DNA of 64,000 nt from an uncultured virus (IMG/VR IMGVR_UViG_3300012041_000001) (Duplodnaviria > Heunggongvirae > Uroviricota > Caudoviricetes), in the IMG/VR virus record IMGVR_UViG_3300012041_000001; one strand, given 5' to 3'. Every line of letters starts with the position of its first letter. Position 1 is the first letter of the stretch. The position numbers were made by a program, and so were the translations under genes. The notes beneath the pieces were generated by a model. It was not told the DNA's origin and searched no databases. It saw only the letters and a list, made by a program, of their open reading frames with translations. Of this stretch, positions 50,101 to 58,800 are shown in pieces.

Positions 50101-52791
50101 ATTTATCAAGCAGGCTTTAATGAATTGGATAAAACTATCTTAGGAGGTAATTCTAATGCTGTTACTTATGCCAATAATCATAGGATTAATTTTAGAAACT
50201 ATAATGCAATTGAAGTAGATGGTGTTATATATCCTACTTTATCCATTTCTACAGCTAAACAGACTTTAGCTGAAAAAGTTGCAGGTAAAGCAAAAGAGTT
50301 TATATCTGATACTATAGGAATGTTTATTGATGGTTATGTGGACGTTGCTAAAGGTGCCTGGATTATGGAGATGGGAGCAACTTATAATACAGCAGGTACC
50401 TGGTTGTTCCTACTTAAACTTGGTATTCCAAGAAAAGATGTGGCCTACTTTATGAATCAGCCAATCATTGTTGAGTACTTACAGTTGATAGAAAATAAAG
50501 GACAGACATGGTTGTTCTCTGATAGAAATATATCAGAAGCATTAGCAATGTTTGAGCCTATAAAAGCTATGGATAAAGAAGAGGTAGATAGAATTAAAGG
50601 GGATATAAACGAAATTCCTGATGCAGATACATTGGAAGGACTTATAGGTAGAGAACCTGGAGATATGACTGTTGAGGAAATGTATGAACAACAGTTTATG
50701 TTGAAAGAGTTTGTTAAGTATGCTAAGTTGGCCTCCCAACTATTTGAAGTGATACAAGGAAGTAATCATGATACTGCCAATATCAATGACCCATACTTGG
50801 TAACTAAAAAAGAATTTCAATTGGAGGCTGCTCGTAATACAATTATCTCCAGTGTAAATGAGGATGGGGAGACTATTACAGGTGTGGACAGTATTATGAA
50901 TAACTCTTTTGTTGGAAGACTTAGTGACTTTATAAATAAGTATCGAAATGCCTTCTCTACAGTACTCCTGTCAGACAGAAGCACAGTAAGAAAAGTTATG
51001 ATTGATGTACTTAAACCATATATGAAGCTTAATGATAGAGACTTTGTTAAGGTTAGCCAGAAAGCAGTTAATGATTTGTTTGATTGGGCTGTTCAGAATG
51101 ACAGAAGTATTAATAATCATGTTGTGAGTATTATGTTAGGTGATGAAAGTGAGGAGAGTGCTGCCAAACAAATTATGGAATACAGAGATAAAGTACTTGG
51201 TAATGAATCTAAAAAGATTCCTGCAGATCCATCTCATCCTATGTTCGATAATATAATTCTTAACTCCTTGATACTGGAGGAAGGTAATAATACTAAGAAA
51301 GTAGATAATATATATCTTGGTAAGATTGATAAAGTGTATGGTCAGAACCTGATCATCTATGGATTCAATGAATTAAGAGAACACTTAACTGGGGAAAAGA
51401 ATCCTCTATATGGTAAGATAGTTAGACTAGCTGTTCTTCAGTCTGGTTTAACCAATTCTCGTATAGCTTTTACAACTTTACTTCCTTATGGAGACTTTAA
51501 AGAAGTATATAATGCCACTCTTTCCAAATTAGAAGAGATGGAAAACCTTCAGGACTTTAAGAATCTGGATGTTTTTGAAAGAAACAATTGGAACAACAGA
51601 GATATAATGCCTTTTGTTATGGGTAACATGAGACCAAGTAAGTTTGGAGTAGGTAACTATGATTTAAACACCTGGAAAATTGGTGAGCAAATAACTAAAG
51701 CTGTTAAGAATTTTCAGATACCTCATATTGTAAACCTTGATATATCTTCTGGTGATGCCAGAGGTGACTTTATTGTATACTCTTATGATACATGGATATC
51801 AAAAGCCAAACGTATACTGTCCAAAAAGACTGGAGACAAAAGTCATGTCAATAAATACTTAATGAAAAAGGTATATACTGAGAATGCTAAAGGAGAAAGA
51901 GTACCTTTGATTAATATAAGTAAAGATAAAGAGGGTAGAGAATATCATAAATATGTATTCAAAGCCATTAATGCTTGGGGAGACAGTTTTAAAGCAAATG
52001 AGTTGTATGATTATCCAGAAGTATCTAAATTAGATAATGATTTCAGACGTGTTATACAAAAAAATGATGCAAAACATAAAAGAACAGGAGCTCCTGAAGT
52101 GGAAGATAGTGTGATTGTAGATTTACTAACAGGTAAACTTACTTCAGATCAACTGGCTGCATCCAATAGAAAAACTGATTTGGAAGCTGCAGGAGTTACA
52201 GATGTAGTTCCTTCTGCTGTAGAAGTTCTTGCAGAGTCTGGGCCAAGACACTATGTAGGAGAAATAATTCCAGCTCCTGATGTAATATTTGTATTTGGAA
52301 GTAATCCTGAGGGAAGACATGGCCAAGGTGCAGCTGCTGATGCTATGAAGAAATTTGGTGCTAAGTATTATCAGGGCAGAGGATTACAAGGAGGTGCTTA
52401 TGCTTTGGTTACCAAAAATCTTAAAGCAGGATTCAAGGAAACAAAAACTGGTATTACATATGATGCTGTTGGTGAAAGATCTGTAAGACCTGACCAGATA
52501 GTAAATAACATTGTTGAGATGTATAATGTTGCAAGAGCTAATCCTAACAAGAAATTCCAGATAGGATACAGAAATACAATAGGTAAAACTCGTAATGGAT
52601 ATACAGGATATGAGATGATGGATATGTTTAAGGCTGCAGGTGAGGTCCCATCCAATGTTTACTTCAGTAAAGAGTGGGTGGATACAGGTAAAATGGATGC
52701 TGATTATCAATCACCAAACACTCCTAATATAATGGACCCATCTAATAAACCTACAGGAAAACCTGGAATAGATAGAACTGATGATTGTTAA
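38191..52791 (+). CDS. giant virion-packaged single-chain two-barrel RNA polymerase with accessory zincin-like and C-terminal macrodomain-like modules
   Basis: 4866 aa; catalytic GSDFDIDKL (49369-49386), RTPTQ (RxP), TDGGGYI; HEVFE (45070-45084); C-terminal IFVFGSNPEGRHGQGAA. Confidence 0.92.
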   Translation: MAAQQFDFNTDQPIPSKPTNTGTPDVPINLPSHATGLPVWQSMDFSDLDTSSAANMSADDMYAAIPKEDRTFDSVQGAILPALGRYKTVFPGRDYEEMHAQQQDKLDKWVNGTTKALGTTASSFIGGTLGLVYGAGKAYADQRFSSMFDNEVNRYFDDLNKKMEDALPNYYTHAEQDSRWYSTDNIWTANFWSDKVIKNLGYSAGSMLGGGLWGKALKGIFGINKLVRMGKGLELAKGVDDAIASTTRLSRFGAVSEAIGSMGAKTLNQAGKIISNSERGIVSLMGSAGEASMEALGNMNNYRDKMIQNYIDRNGYPPTGDDLLEINNHAEKIGNFTWGMNVALLTATNYMMLPKIFNSSKAAEKRAMNEVIKEGAEEGLQGLEKTMARVDAAYVSKPFILERIAGKKIGGAFDKYLVKPGALLFSRMEAFEEGMQFAIESGTEDYFKRAEENNEDIADFWDNFTGTMGNIFTEGVHKALTTKEGLESILIGGISGGLQGSFSPFGDSKLRERGITGRGGYKGKNTDAAIQELGKGTLTKALKDAKKYFSIGINSQQLRQAAIADNNTLAEKDYERDYVQAYIMPRIKYGKLEAIKEEISLYREQAMASDKAFEAMQDEGIVLENETRDQFLGRLSSLENTAVQMDKIYNTISDNYSATMTPDGKRVYPDDVVDMLAYASGKVLDYDTRLRDLNSSLLARDVKTLPIEEAIKASEGWKTGDVNKIVNDKDVKQATLDALAAIESQEVDPNKDKKDIKKDLVDFASMLVKRKAFATEYENMKAKPEEYTREEKIDVTDPTGALKRDPTKPRESIIIKTKKGDKQVFIGEMYMQGRITEKSAKDHDVYSAPIIVVLGKNADGTYKIKTASGKIVDKTAQELEEDSLSLVEDLKQNKKVAFYIANWNTIYKHRGARVNGKAAMGRIHYDKELDRIMFVYKNHKGQLVQKEVINTDLSMKEAIAQGYKQPKMTPEGVLTPKQQAATDAFVAQKTSISEKLRVRNSIMVDLYNTSKERLDKVVKDLENAKQKLASETAKLEQQIKEEAVTKTGEVRKRTTKLFRDLTKTLATLRETLTNDIEELEAEREELEATIPQFKVFLDDLGSAPESGFEMIKQLKGDIKDLGELVEATKDAIKQTKSMLEHVNELLVNALGVLNTYIKDLKAKNPNIPLFVDDLIDRIEKYLGPEGAQKYVDDRLGLTEQVVELESDINNFKAEINVPALEKRAGVLTADLQELEKSLAELLAMQKAKEVILNEFKEYAVREAETKKEEKKLQSNPDFYKLLVGTLNKIAQNFFGGRDYEAEAKKPNVAVVSSTRAIDDGKPHQARANHFGARLDKMPDRKRKNIKGIIVTQKTQAGVIDGLVEHLLSMVEDAEERAKYPADEFIVMVMVETDRKGNKFLVDQDGKRIPAGADVLNTAIYQVFPTKKLQGTYRDANGKKVLGSMFRDDTPKNVVDSLTAQYEEWVDKQLALDKHEAAYDITASFGFPDFVKYMGETKEEIDHNARTSAKAAGLITDKDLEIGPVVSVKMSSNPFTVGNTTFKDPKGRVFLVLKNGVAKLFNKNFSEDEAIVIYDVMHQVSKNLLNNGGKSDPETEVLFDWLRSTVYWGFAKDRKGKEKPAGYNNIWFKKVTDEKGEDKVRLFISGKTTDPAQAMEFTPRQLEARRGEILIALQKMYNNTSNHLSNEKWQDQYVEIIGIKPDGTPETREWLNYQTYLLSDTYPDGSERTGDKIPLTTKFRPLVDENDTNRKGIYFSLTSGPKIFEEPEPEIPKEVPEEAPEEDEEVEEEEPGYVTEEGYVFNGTKENTIMLNSGPATFTMDIYKHMLDGAGLSVSAPGSTVDAVMKKFNETEAQAIERITNTVATKLKDTIDQAMSDLQAEQEEGKKGTEGVPEDPKGPPVKVVPTPTVVGGIDFSGNTWNDLTIKFGPIRFKMDAKKFLAGDRSRDAIDVEVDDVILEAIKTAKAAEGYDDQDAIAFVYQNILFLIKDQLALFDIKQNATPPLNNPPVEETVVEEAETQVIPYKGNTYTVDFKTGTVTNNKTKKVVSPTSVVGKAVLNQVDWDKGEENVETPEIKPVYLPDTPDDFNDTPLLKSIASGLKVVYVPRFIQEEAYKNDKQNQGHQSIDRIIERGGYSVEELFNLLPNWRELINKKLAEKAKAPKAPAAVEVQKQIEEVKEEGKTANAAVKTDIANANKVNLEEAGKPDKIDINDPSIGTDESDEFDYRLETLEQANAFETENWKKVEEFIGENFPWIPVYRVMNMIKATNGRQAHGALHKAAIYLSQNAEVGTVYHEVFEAVWKMFAGPKEKEAIIREFRSRPGYFIDREDPLQRRIKYSQATSHQIKEQLAEEFRDKKLYGKDPITYKGKNQGNLIKRLFDDLINWLNTFFTGKEAISNTEKLFSKISSGYYKTYNPYLTKLSFAQAGIIDIADIDVGDSAELRINNIPAMQIHDIIQFMTFKALSPLAESNEILFSLKNVLAKDKGKAYEDLKKQVLSRLKTQALTLSKQGTEKGGFTPGEQRMYENIVQLFDTVQDEWDEIVEKHAEHLKTFGLEFDENDELNLNTEEAEGKSDWQDARTIDSFRKANSAVKLLLGTLPAKRMVNGKPKIILSSIGGPTLLPADAIHIDMQNRLHDAVTPGEMMERLNNIALKEANYHQLFRRLTGQDPSENEYDFADIDESDFRLISAFWRTMKKQNADVVTVFVQPSGEVFVSDSTLANASKESKRSMMGSIIAGMKEETTPYFTYGKDGKYRATDVLKKVTFDKMNSYTKFLEGLGIIIDPIRMETEFMPHEQKKFKEIVAWIQSTIAEIGDKETVVDPETGEQVTLDSAIMTINSTTLDIDTRMSQLGVFKAKLDNPIFESTYFNINGQRTQSYVGPNAPSNFYDVISKVQHFEEDLQEPQNRGYRYLLTDKFAKGSLILKRMFVQEKDGTFSDRISGSEGIMKTTFVDGTVDEYTGKKKESSKLNYAQRFLQEINLNIEGIFLNLVPGDSSIEHANRLHHDDKPFVNTSAYQNKLHLAIFRDYFISEVDLARDDRPVVGDRKTTDLRFFKSILADPKSKTPNALHDMIMYSDESGALTAEELYDDYKKEIDIAVQEYIKQEARDTKELFDRFQIIKSTKEGLVAPGLNFKEEELSGEFLKQKLEVLSTNYIIANIEMHKLIYSDPYQYTDELKRIKNFNSPRQALLFGTPQLNAFLHSFYNKGVDPKDKSAYSDFNRDHFRAINIADILGIGKNIGYSEPTETTDGGGYITIQGARKFKLRVGEWTPANEKQFQHDLGYERLAKSGASKEALKKYERKNPHVKNTYTPIKPIVSGNKENGRDYNDVVLHKFALIPISYRILHQLEENSMAVKLYDKMIDEDIDYAVYASGSKVGTEKVHDIYDRETGQFNDAPFETEAEKHGLMTNDFKRGVSNIPFSIVGLQTEVPSKDTPLVTQGSQITKLVTMDFLEAGVPIDFMPGEEDYMKRFKAWTKLDEKGRMQSELYRKIKHNQELLEEKIIEGYESLLKKLGIEATVNDEGEAVFIIKSRERFMKTLKDEILKREVNDNITASFEGFEDGHVLLEATPSYQQIRNILYSIADKSVVRQKISGGLKVQIPSAMLLDKFKVIVGTFTNEKTGETKPILESEELAFYENEDGKRVCEIMVARWFKSTKTDEELLEYFNEDPEGQKQLAALTGIAFRTPTQKQNSIEVFKIKRFLPEDFGDSVIVPADIVKKTGSDFDIDKLSIYLKSLFEDVDGKIKVIPFYGYGQQAKDKFGAMFDKILTTERHKAISGFANAEYMNDMFRDIATGKATSKDREKWIPKFHDMFSDLADENGVIDAEDVRLEFLYSIQKKGKTLLKLTNEDLQDVQRDLFMDKMYRKSLENEYISSLEDLVSDKHNFDALVRPNSAEDLVKLNNKINELKGIPKTDYTNVGNMLSRKFMSKQRHNFVSGKQGIAIAAIAQTNNAQNQRSPIFTDFRKIYQAGFNELDKTILGGNSNAVTYANNHRINFRNYNAIEVDGVIYPTLSISTAKQTLAEKVAGKAKEFISDTIGMFIDGYVDVAKGAWIMEMGATYNTAGTWLFLLKLGIPRKDVAYFMNQPIIVEYLQLIENKGQTWLFSDRNISEALAMFEPIKAMDKEEVDRIKGDINEIPDADTLEGLIGREPGDMTVEEMYEQQFMLKEFVKYAKLASQLFEVIQGSNHDTANINDPYLVTKKEFQLEAARNTIISSVNEDGETITGVDSIMNNSFVGRLSDFINKYRNAFSTVLLSDRSTVRKVMIDVLKPYMKLNDRDFVKVSQKAVNDLFDWAVQNDRSINNHVVSIMLGDESEESAAKQIMEYRDKVLGNESKKIPADPSHPMFDNIILNSLILEEGNNTKKVDNIYLGKIDKVYGQNLIIYGFNELREHLTGEKNPLYGKIVRLAVLQSGLTNSRIAFTTLLPYGDFKEVYNATLSKLEEMENLQDFKNLDVFERNNWNNRDIMPFVMGNMRPSKFGVGNYDLNTWKIGEQITKAVKNFQIPHIVNLDISSGDARGDFIVYSYDTWISKAKRILSKKTGDKSHVNKYLMKKVYTENAKGERVPLINISKDKEGREYHKYVFKAINAWGDSFKANELYDYPEVSKLDNDFRRVIQKNDAKHKRTGAPEVEDSVIVDLLTGKLTSDQLAASNRKTDLEAAGVTDVVPSAVEVLAESGPRHYVGEIIPAPDVIFVFGSNPEGRHGQGAAADAMKKFGAKYYQGRGLQGGAYALVTKNLKAGFKETKTGITYDAVGERSVRPDQIVNNIVEMYNVARANPNKKFQIGYRNTIGKTRNGYTGYEMMDMFKAAGEVPSNVYFSKEWVDTGKMDADYQSPNTPNIMDPSNKPTGKPGIDRTDDC

Positions 52792-52807
52792 TATAAATAA
52801 TTAAATT

Positions 52808-55800
52808 ATGGCCTGTCCTATTAAAATAAAAGATAAGCTTGTTGCACATGTAGAGAAAGCTACTGACCATGCTCTAAATAAATCATTGCCTGAAGCCCAG
52901 GAAATAGGCAGACGTGTTAATGATTCGTTTGGTATGCCTGTTGTCAGATTTTCTCAAACAGATGGTGACTATATAGATAGAGCCATCAATATTCCTCCTG
53001 CTTTAGTAGAAATCTATTATCAGAATGAACTGAGAATGGAAGAAGCAGAGAGAACTGAGAATGTTGTTGAGGAAGAGTTGGCTGAAGAAGAAGAACTTAG
53101 AGTGATTGATGAAGCTCGTAGCCTTCAACAAAGAGAAGCTGAACGTGCAGGAGAAGAATATGGTGATGATTTATTATACAATTTAGATTCTACAAATCCT
53201 GAAGTAAAAATCACCACTCTTAATAAGATAGGTAATTTTATTGAAAAACTGGGAGTACCTGTAGAGTTTACTGATTTTGGTGATTCTCCTGCAGTGGCTG
53301 CTGCTAACTTTGTAAAAGGAGTTATTCAGATAACTAGCAACATTGATAAAAGACCTGCAGCCTGGAATAGCCTACCTGAAGAAGCTGCTCACTGGTGGTA
53401 CAGACTTTTAAAAAATCATGATCTAAAACAAGAGCTATGGGATCACCACTTAACTTTGGCCAAAGCTAATGAGCTGTATAGAACTGAGTATGGAAAACTT
53501 GTAACTTCTCCTGAACAACTTAAGGAAGAGGCTATTGGTCAAATCATAGCAGATGTAATACAGAAGATAGAGAATGGTACTGCTACTGAGAAAGAGAAAT
53601 CATTTTGGGAAAAGTTCAAAGACTTCATAAGAAATTTTTTTAATAGAGATGCTCTTACTGATATATCAGAAGATAGTTTTACTATGGCTGCCCAGAGAAT
53701 CCTTAACTCAGACTTAAGTGATTTACTATCTCCACAAGAATACAGAGAATTATATCAGATAACAGAAAACATTATTATGGCTGAGGATGCTCCTTCTGAG
53801 GATGAGTTTGTTCCTAATGTAGAAAATGTAAATGAGTATATAGATAATCTTCTTGCTGGAAAATTCAGAAGAAGAACAAGGTTTATGCCACAGACTTTAG
53901 CAAGAATAAGTTATTTGACTACTGCTGTTTTGAAAAAAGAAAAACTTACACCAGAGCAAAAAAGAGCATTAGAAACAAAACACAGATATGCTACTATTAC
54001 TCCTGATCTTATTTCATTTGAAACACTTAGAAGAAAACACAAAAAACAACCTATACCTTTAAATGCTGATATTAAAGTTGAGGGTGCAAAAAAAGATGAG
54101 ATCTCTTTATTAAATACTGTTTTGGATCTTATTAGAAAAGAGAACCCTCAAATGAAATCTATAAATGTTGAAGATTTTATTAATGAGGTTAATGTATTTT
54201 TAGATGAAGAATACAGACTGGGGTTTGCTCGTGAGGGAGAGGGAAGTATGTGGGAAACCTGGAAGGTTAATGATACATTTGCTGATCCTACAGATATAAA
54301 ACACAGAAAAATAAGTTTAAGATTTAATGATGAATATATAGATAAGAGAAGCCACTTTGGTCTTTCTCCAATAGCCTTTGGAAGCTATACTCCTTTTTTG
54401 GACAGTGTACTAATACATGAGATTCAAAATGATTTCTTTGAGGAATTAGTGCCTGCTGAAAAATCTGATAAGATGTCACTAGCACACAGTATTGCACAAG
54501 TTTTGAAATATAGCAGTATTTTTTATGATACTGTTCTTGAATCTATAGATAAATCTACACCATTTAACTTTAATGAGGTACAGGATTTATATACCAAATT
54601 TAAACAGAGATTAGATGAGCAGAATAATATGTTTCCTCAAGATAGTTTGGAACTTGAGCGTGCAAGAGATGCTATGGATAGCTTGTTTAAGATTAAAAGA
54701 GTGCTGGATGATATAAGAAACAAAAAAACTCTGAAGTTTGTTGATCAGCAAATAATGGATATGTATAAAGAGAAAGGGTTAATGAATCCTGAGGTAGTAA
54801 AAGAGGGTGCTATAACTGATTTCATAAACAGAATAGAAGAAAAAGGTTATCAACTTAAAACAGATGAGAAATATTTATTAAGAATGGCTCTTAGTACTGT
54901 AAGATTTTATAATGTAGGATTTGCAAACAGCCTTAACATAGGTAATTGGTTCAATAAGCAATACCTTGAACATAGAAGAAGAGTACAAGCTGCTTATACC
55001 AGAGAAAGAGTAGCAAAAAGTTTGGTAGGATATAACAATATGACAGTAGAGGATTTTTCAAGATTAGTGGATAACATTCAATATAATGTAAACCTAACAC
55101 AGGAAAATAAAGTTGAAGAAGAACAAAGAGCTATTAATTCTAATATTAAATCTTTTAGAAAAGAATTAAATTATTTCACCCCTCTTATTCATAAAGTATT
55201 ACAGACTGCTATTATAAATAATCCAGGAAAAAAATTATATTTCAGTGGTTATGATATAGCTCTAATCTCTCAGGTTCAAATAGAGAAGAAAGGAGTTAAG
55301 ACCCCTACAGCAAATTTATATGCAGGACCAGAAGATGTTGCAGCTGGTAAGGCTGATAAGTTAGGAGCCATGTGGATTAATATGAATAATGTAAGAGGAG
55401 TTAAATTAAAATATGTTGAGAATATCCCAGGATTTGTAACACCAGTAAGTGGATATGAGATAGATGTTTCCAATTATAAATTTGAAGCACCTATATTATT
55501 TTCTTTAAAAGAACAAGTAGCTGAGCAAGCAAGACCAGCAGCTATTGAAGTAGCTCCACAAACTAAGAATGTAAGACCTTCTAAAGCAAATAGTGAAACA
55601 CTGATTAAGGTGAAAGAAGCTATGCGCCAGATGGGTGTACAATTCCAGCTTCTACATGATTACGTTAAAGGTAATCCAGACATTGATGTGAAAGACGTTA
55701 ATGGTTTAGCTGACCTGTCTTCAGGAGTAATTGCTGTCGCTCAGGGAATGGAAGATGTTGCGCTAACAGAGGAGATGGTGCACATTGCTACAGCAATATT

Positions 55801-58800
55801 AGAACAAACGAATCCATCATTGATAACTAACATGATATCAAAGATAGAGAGATTCAAAATCTACAAACTTACATACAACCAATATAAAAACAACAAGAAC
55901 TACCAGCTGTCCAATGGCAAACCAGACATTCGTAAGATTAAAAAAGAAGCTGTTGACAGATTAATAGCTGAACACATCATACAACAATCTGAAGGAAGCA
56001 CAGACTTCCCTGAATTAATGCAGAGAGAGGACAGAAATTTGGTGCAGTCATGGTGGGATAATATTCTTGAAACCTTAAGAAACCTTTACAGCAAAACTAA
56101 AGTTGATTTATTTGCTCAGGCTGCAGAACATATCATGGCTGGAAACATTGGCAGAATTGAAGACATGAAAGCTCAGGGAGTTTACTATCAGTTAAACAAG
56201 AATGTAGTGGGTAATAATGCTCAGGTTGATAGCCTCTTTGATCATGCTAGTAGTATTCATGGCAGAATGGAATTAAAAGATAAAACTGATGCTAAGAAAC
56301 GTCATTACCTATTGGATAAAACAATAGAAGTAGCCAGAAGTATCACAGAAAAAACCAAAGCAAAAAGCAGCATGCCTGACAGATCAGAATTTGAAAAAAT
56401 AATTGATCTTCAAAAGCAAAATTGGGGTACTGAAGGGCACAGATATATCCATAAATATATCACTGATAATCTAATAGATAAAGATGGCTTTAAAAAGCCT
56501 TTCACAGATATTCCTGTTACCTCTGTATTGGATGATGCTGCTCAAGAAGTACTTAATACATTCTGTCAAAATCTGATTAACTCTTATCCAGAGGGAACCA
56601 GATTCTTGCTTGAGACAATGGTATTGAATCAAAGAGAGAAAGGATTGCTTGGTTCTACTGCTGACTTTATTGCAATATCTCCTGCTCAGAAAGCAGATGG
56701 TTCAGAAGATATAGCTGTAGATGTGTTAGACTGGAAGTTTACTGACATTGATAAGAGCAGAGAAGAAGATGTGCCTTGGTACAAACAGAAAGACTGGAAG
56801 CCGCAGATGGGTGAGTACTCTAAAATTATGTATGAGTATGGAGTGAAACCTGCTCAGCTCAAAAAGGCCAGAATGATTCCTTTCATTATGAATTATGAAG
56901 ACATTGTTAAAGGAGATAAAAAAAGTGGTAAGAGACCTTCATCAATTGAAGTTGGTAAAATAGATAGCTTGACAGAAACAACCTTGTATCTATTGCCTGT
57001 ACCTATTAATACTGAAACAACTGGAAATGAGGCTATTGATGATTTATTGAAAACCTTACGTTCTCAATGGGATAAGATGTATTCCAAACAGGTGAGTCCT
57101 GAGGCAAGATCTATCAAGAGAATTCAGATGAATGAATTAGCCAAAGCTATTCGTGTTCTGCATGTAACTTTAAACTTTAGTCCTCTGGTAAGTGTGGGTA
57201 GAACCTTTGATAAAACGTCTAAGGCTGCTTTAGAGACATTTAAAGACATAGACTATACTAAGTTATCAACAGAACAAATTAAGGCCAAATTACAGGAGCT
57301 ATTGGAGCACAAAGCTAACGCTGCAAACTTTACTATGCTTGATGAGGCTTTCATCTCTCAATTTGGAGATGAGAACCTGTCACCAGAAGCCACTAAAACT
57401 CTGTTGGGATTAAAAGCTGTGTCAGCAAACGCTAAATCCTCTCTTAAAAAAATACTTGTTCTTCAGAAAGAGTATGTAGCACAGATTGCTGTGAGAGAAA
57501 AATTTATAAGTGAGAACAATAAAACTGCTTTATTTGATGCTGAAAGAGAAATCAGTGGTATGGTTAAGAACTTTGTTGAGGGAAGCAGACTTCCTGCCAA
57601 GCTTATAAACTTTGCTTCCAATCTTATCATGCGTGTTAAGAAATTATCAGAGAAAAAATTCATAGATAAATACAATGAATTCAAACAGATACTTCTTCCT
57701 TTAGAGAAAGAAGCAGCTGCTCGTGGTGTCAGAGCTTTTGATATGATTGGCACTACAGACGAGCATGGGTTACATCTTATTAAGAAGGTTAAGAAAGAAT
57801 TCTGGAATGCTGTTACAGAAGCTAAAGAAGAGGGTAATGAAGATAAAAAGTTCCTTATGCAGAACATGGATATGGTTGAGTTTAACAGACTTGCTAAAGA
57901 AGCCATGGATAAAGGTATAGCAGAACTTAATCTAATAGAATTCTCAGAAGATGCAGATCAGGATGCTTATATCAGAGCTGGAAAAATTAAACGCTTAAGA
58001 AACTCCATTGATATCAATAGAAAAGATTTCTTTGGCTACAATGAATATGTATTCAATCACATTTTCAGACAGGTAGTCAAATCAGATGATCACTTATCTG
58101 ATGAGTATAAAAACATGGCAAAAAGCAAAGCTGCTCTGGATGCCTGGAACTTCTTTACAGAAATGAACGAAAGAGCCAGAACTGTTGGGTACATAGATAA
58201 ACAAGGGATGTCTTTCTTTCCATTAATTGAGGCCAGTATCCTTGATAAAATGAAACAGACAACCAATAAGGGAACTGAACTTTTGGATATCTTCAAAGGT
58301 TTGTATACTGTTAAGGTAAATGAGGAACAGACTTTTGGTAAGGTAGATACAGAAACAGGACAAACTAAAAAAACATTACCAAAATACTTTACCAAAAAAG
58401 GAAACTTAGCAACTGAGCAACTCTCTACAGATTTGAACAAAGTAGGTGCGCTATGGATTAAAGCCTTAATGGATTTTGAAGCAAAGGATTCCATAGAGAA
58501 TACCCTTCTTACTATAGGAGCTGTTGAAAGATCTAAAGGAAGCTTAATGGTAGATGAACAGGGAGATTTGATTCCTGAGGGAGCTGGATTTAAAGTTAAC
58601 AAGAAAGTAAACAAAAATGCAGATGTGTATGATGCTATTATTGATGATGGCTTATATGATTTGGAAGAAAACTTGGGTTCTGTAGGTAATATTAGTTTAA
58701 GAAAATTTGCTAAGAGTACTACCAAAACTGCAGAAGCTGGTATAGAAAGAGAAGTTGCCCTTAGAAAAGGATTAAAAAATCTTGACACCTGGACCAGAGC

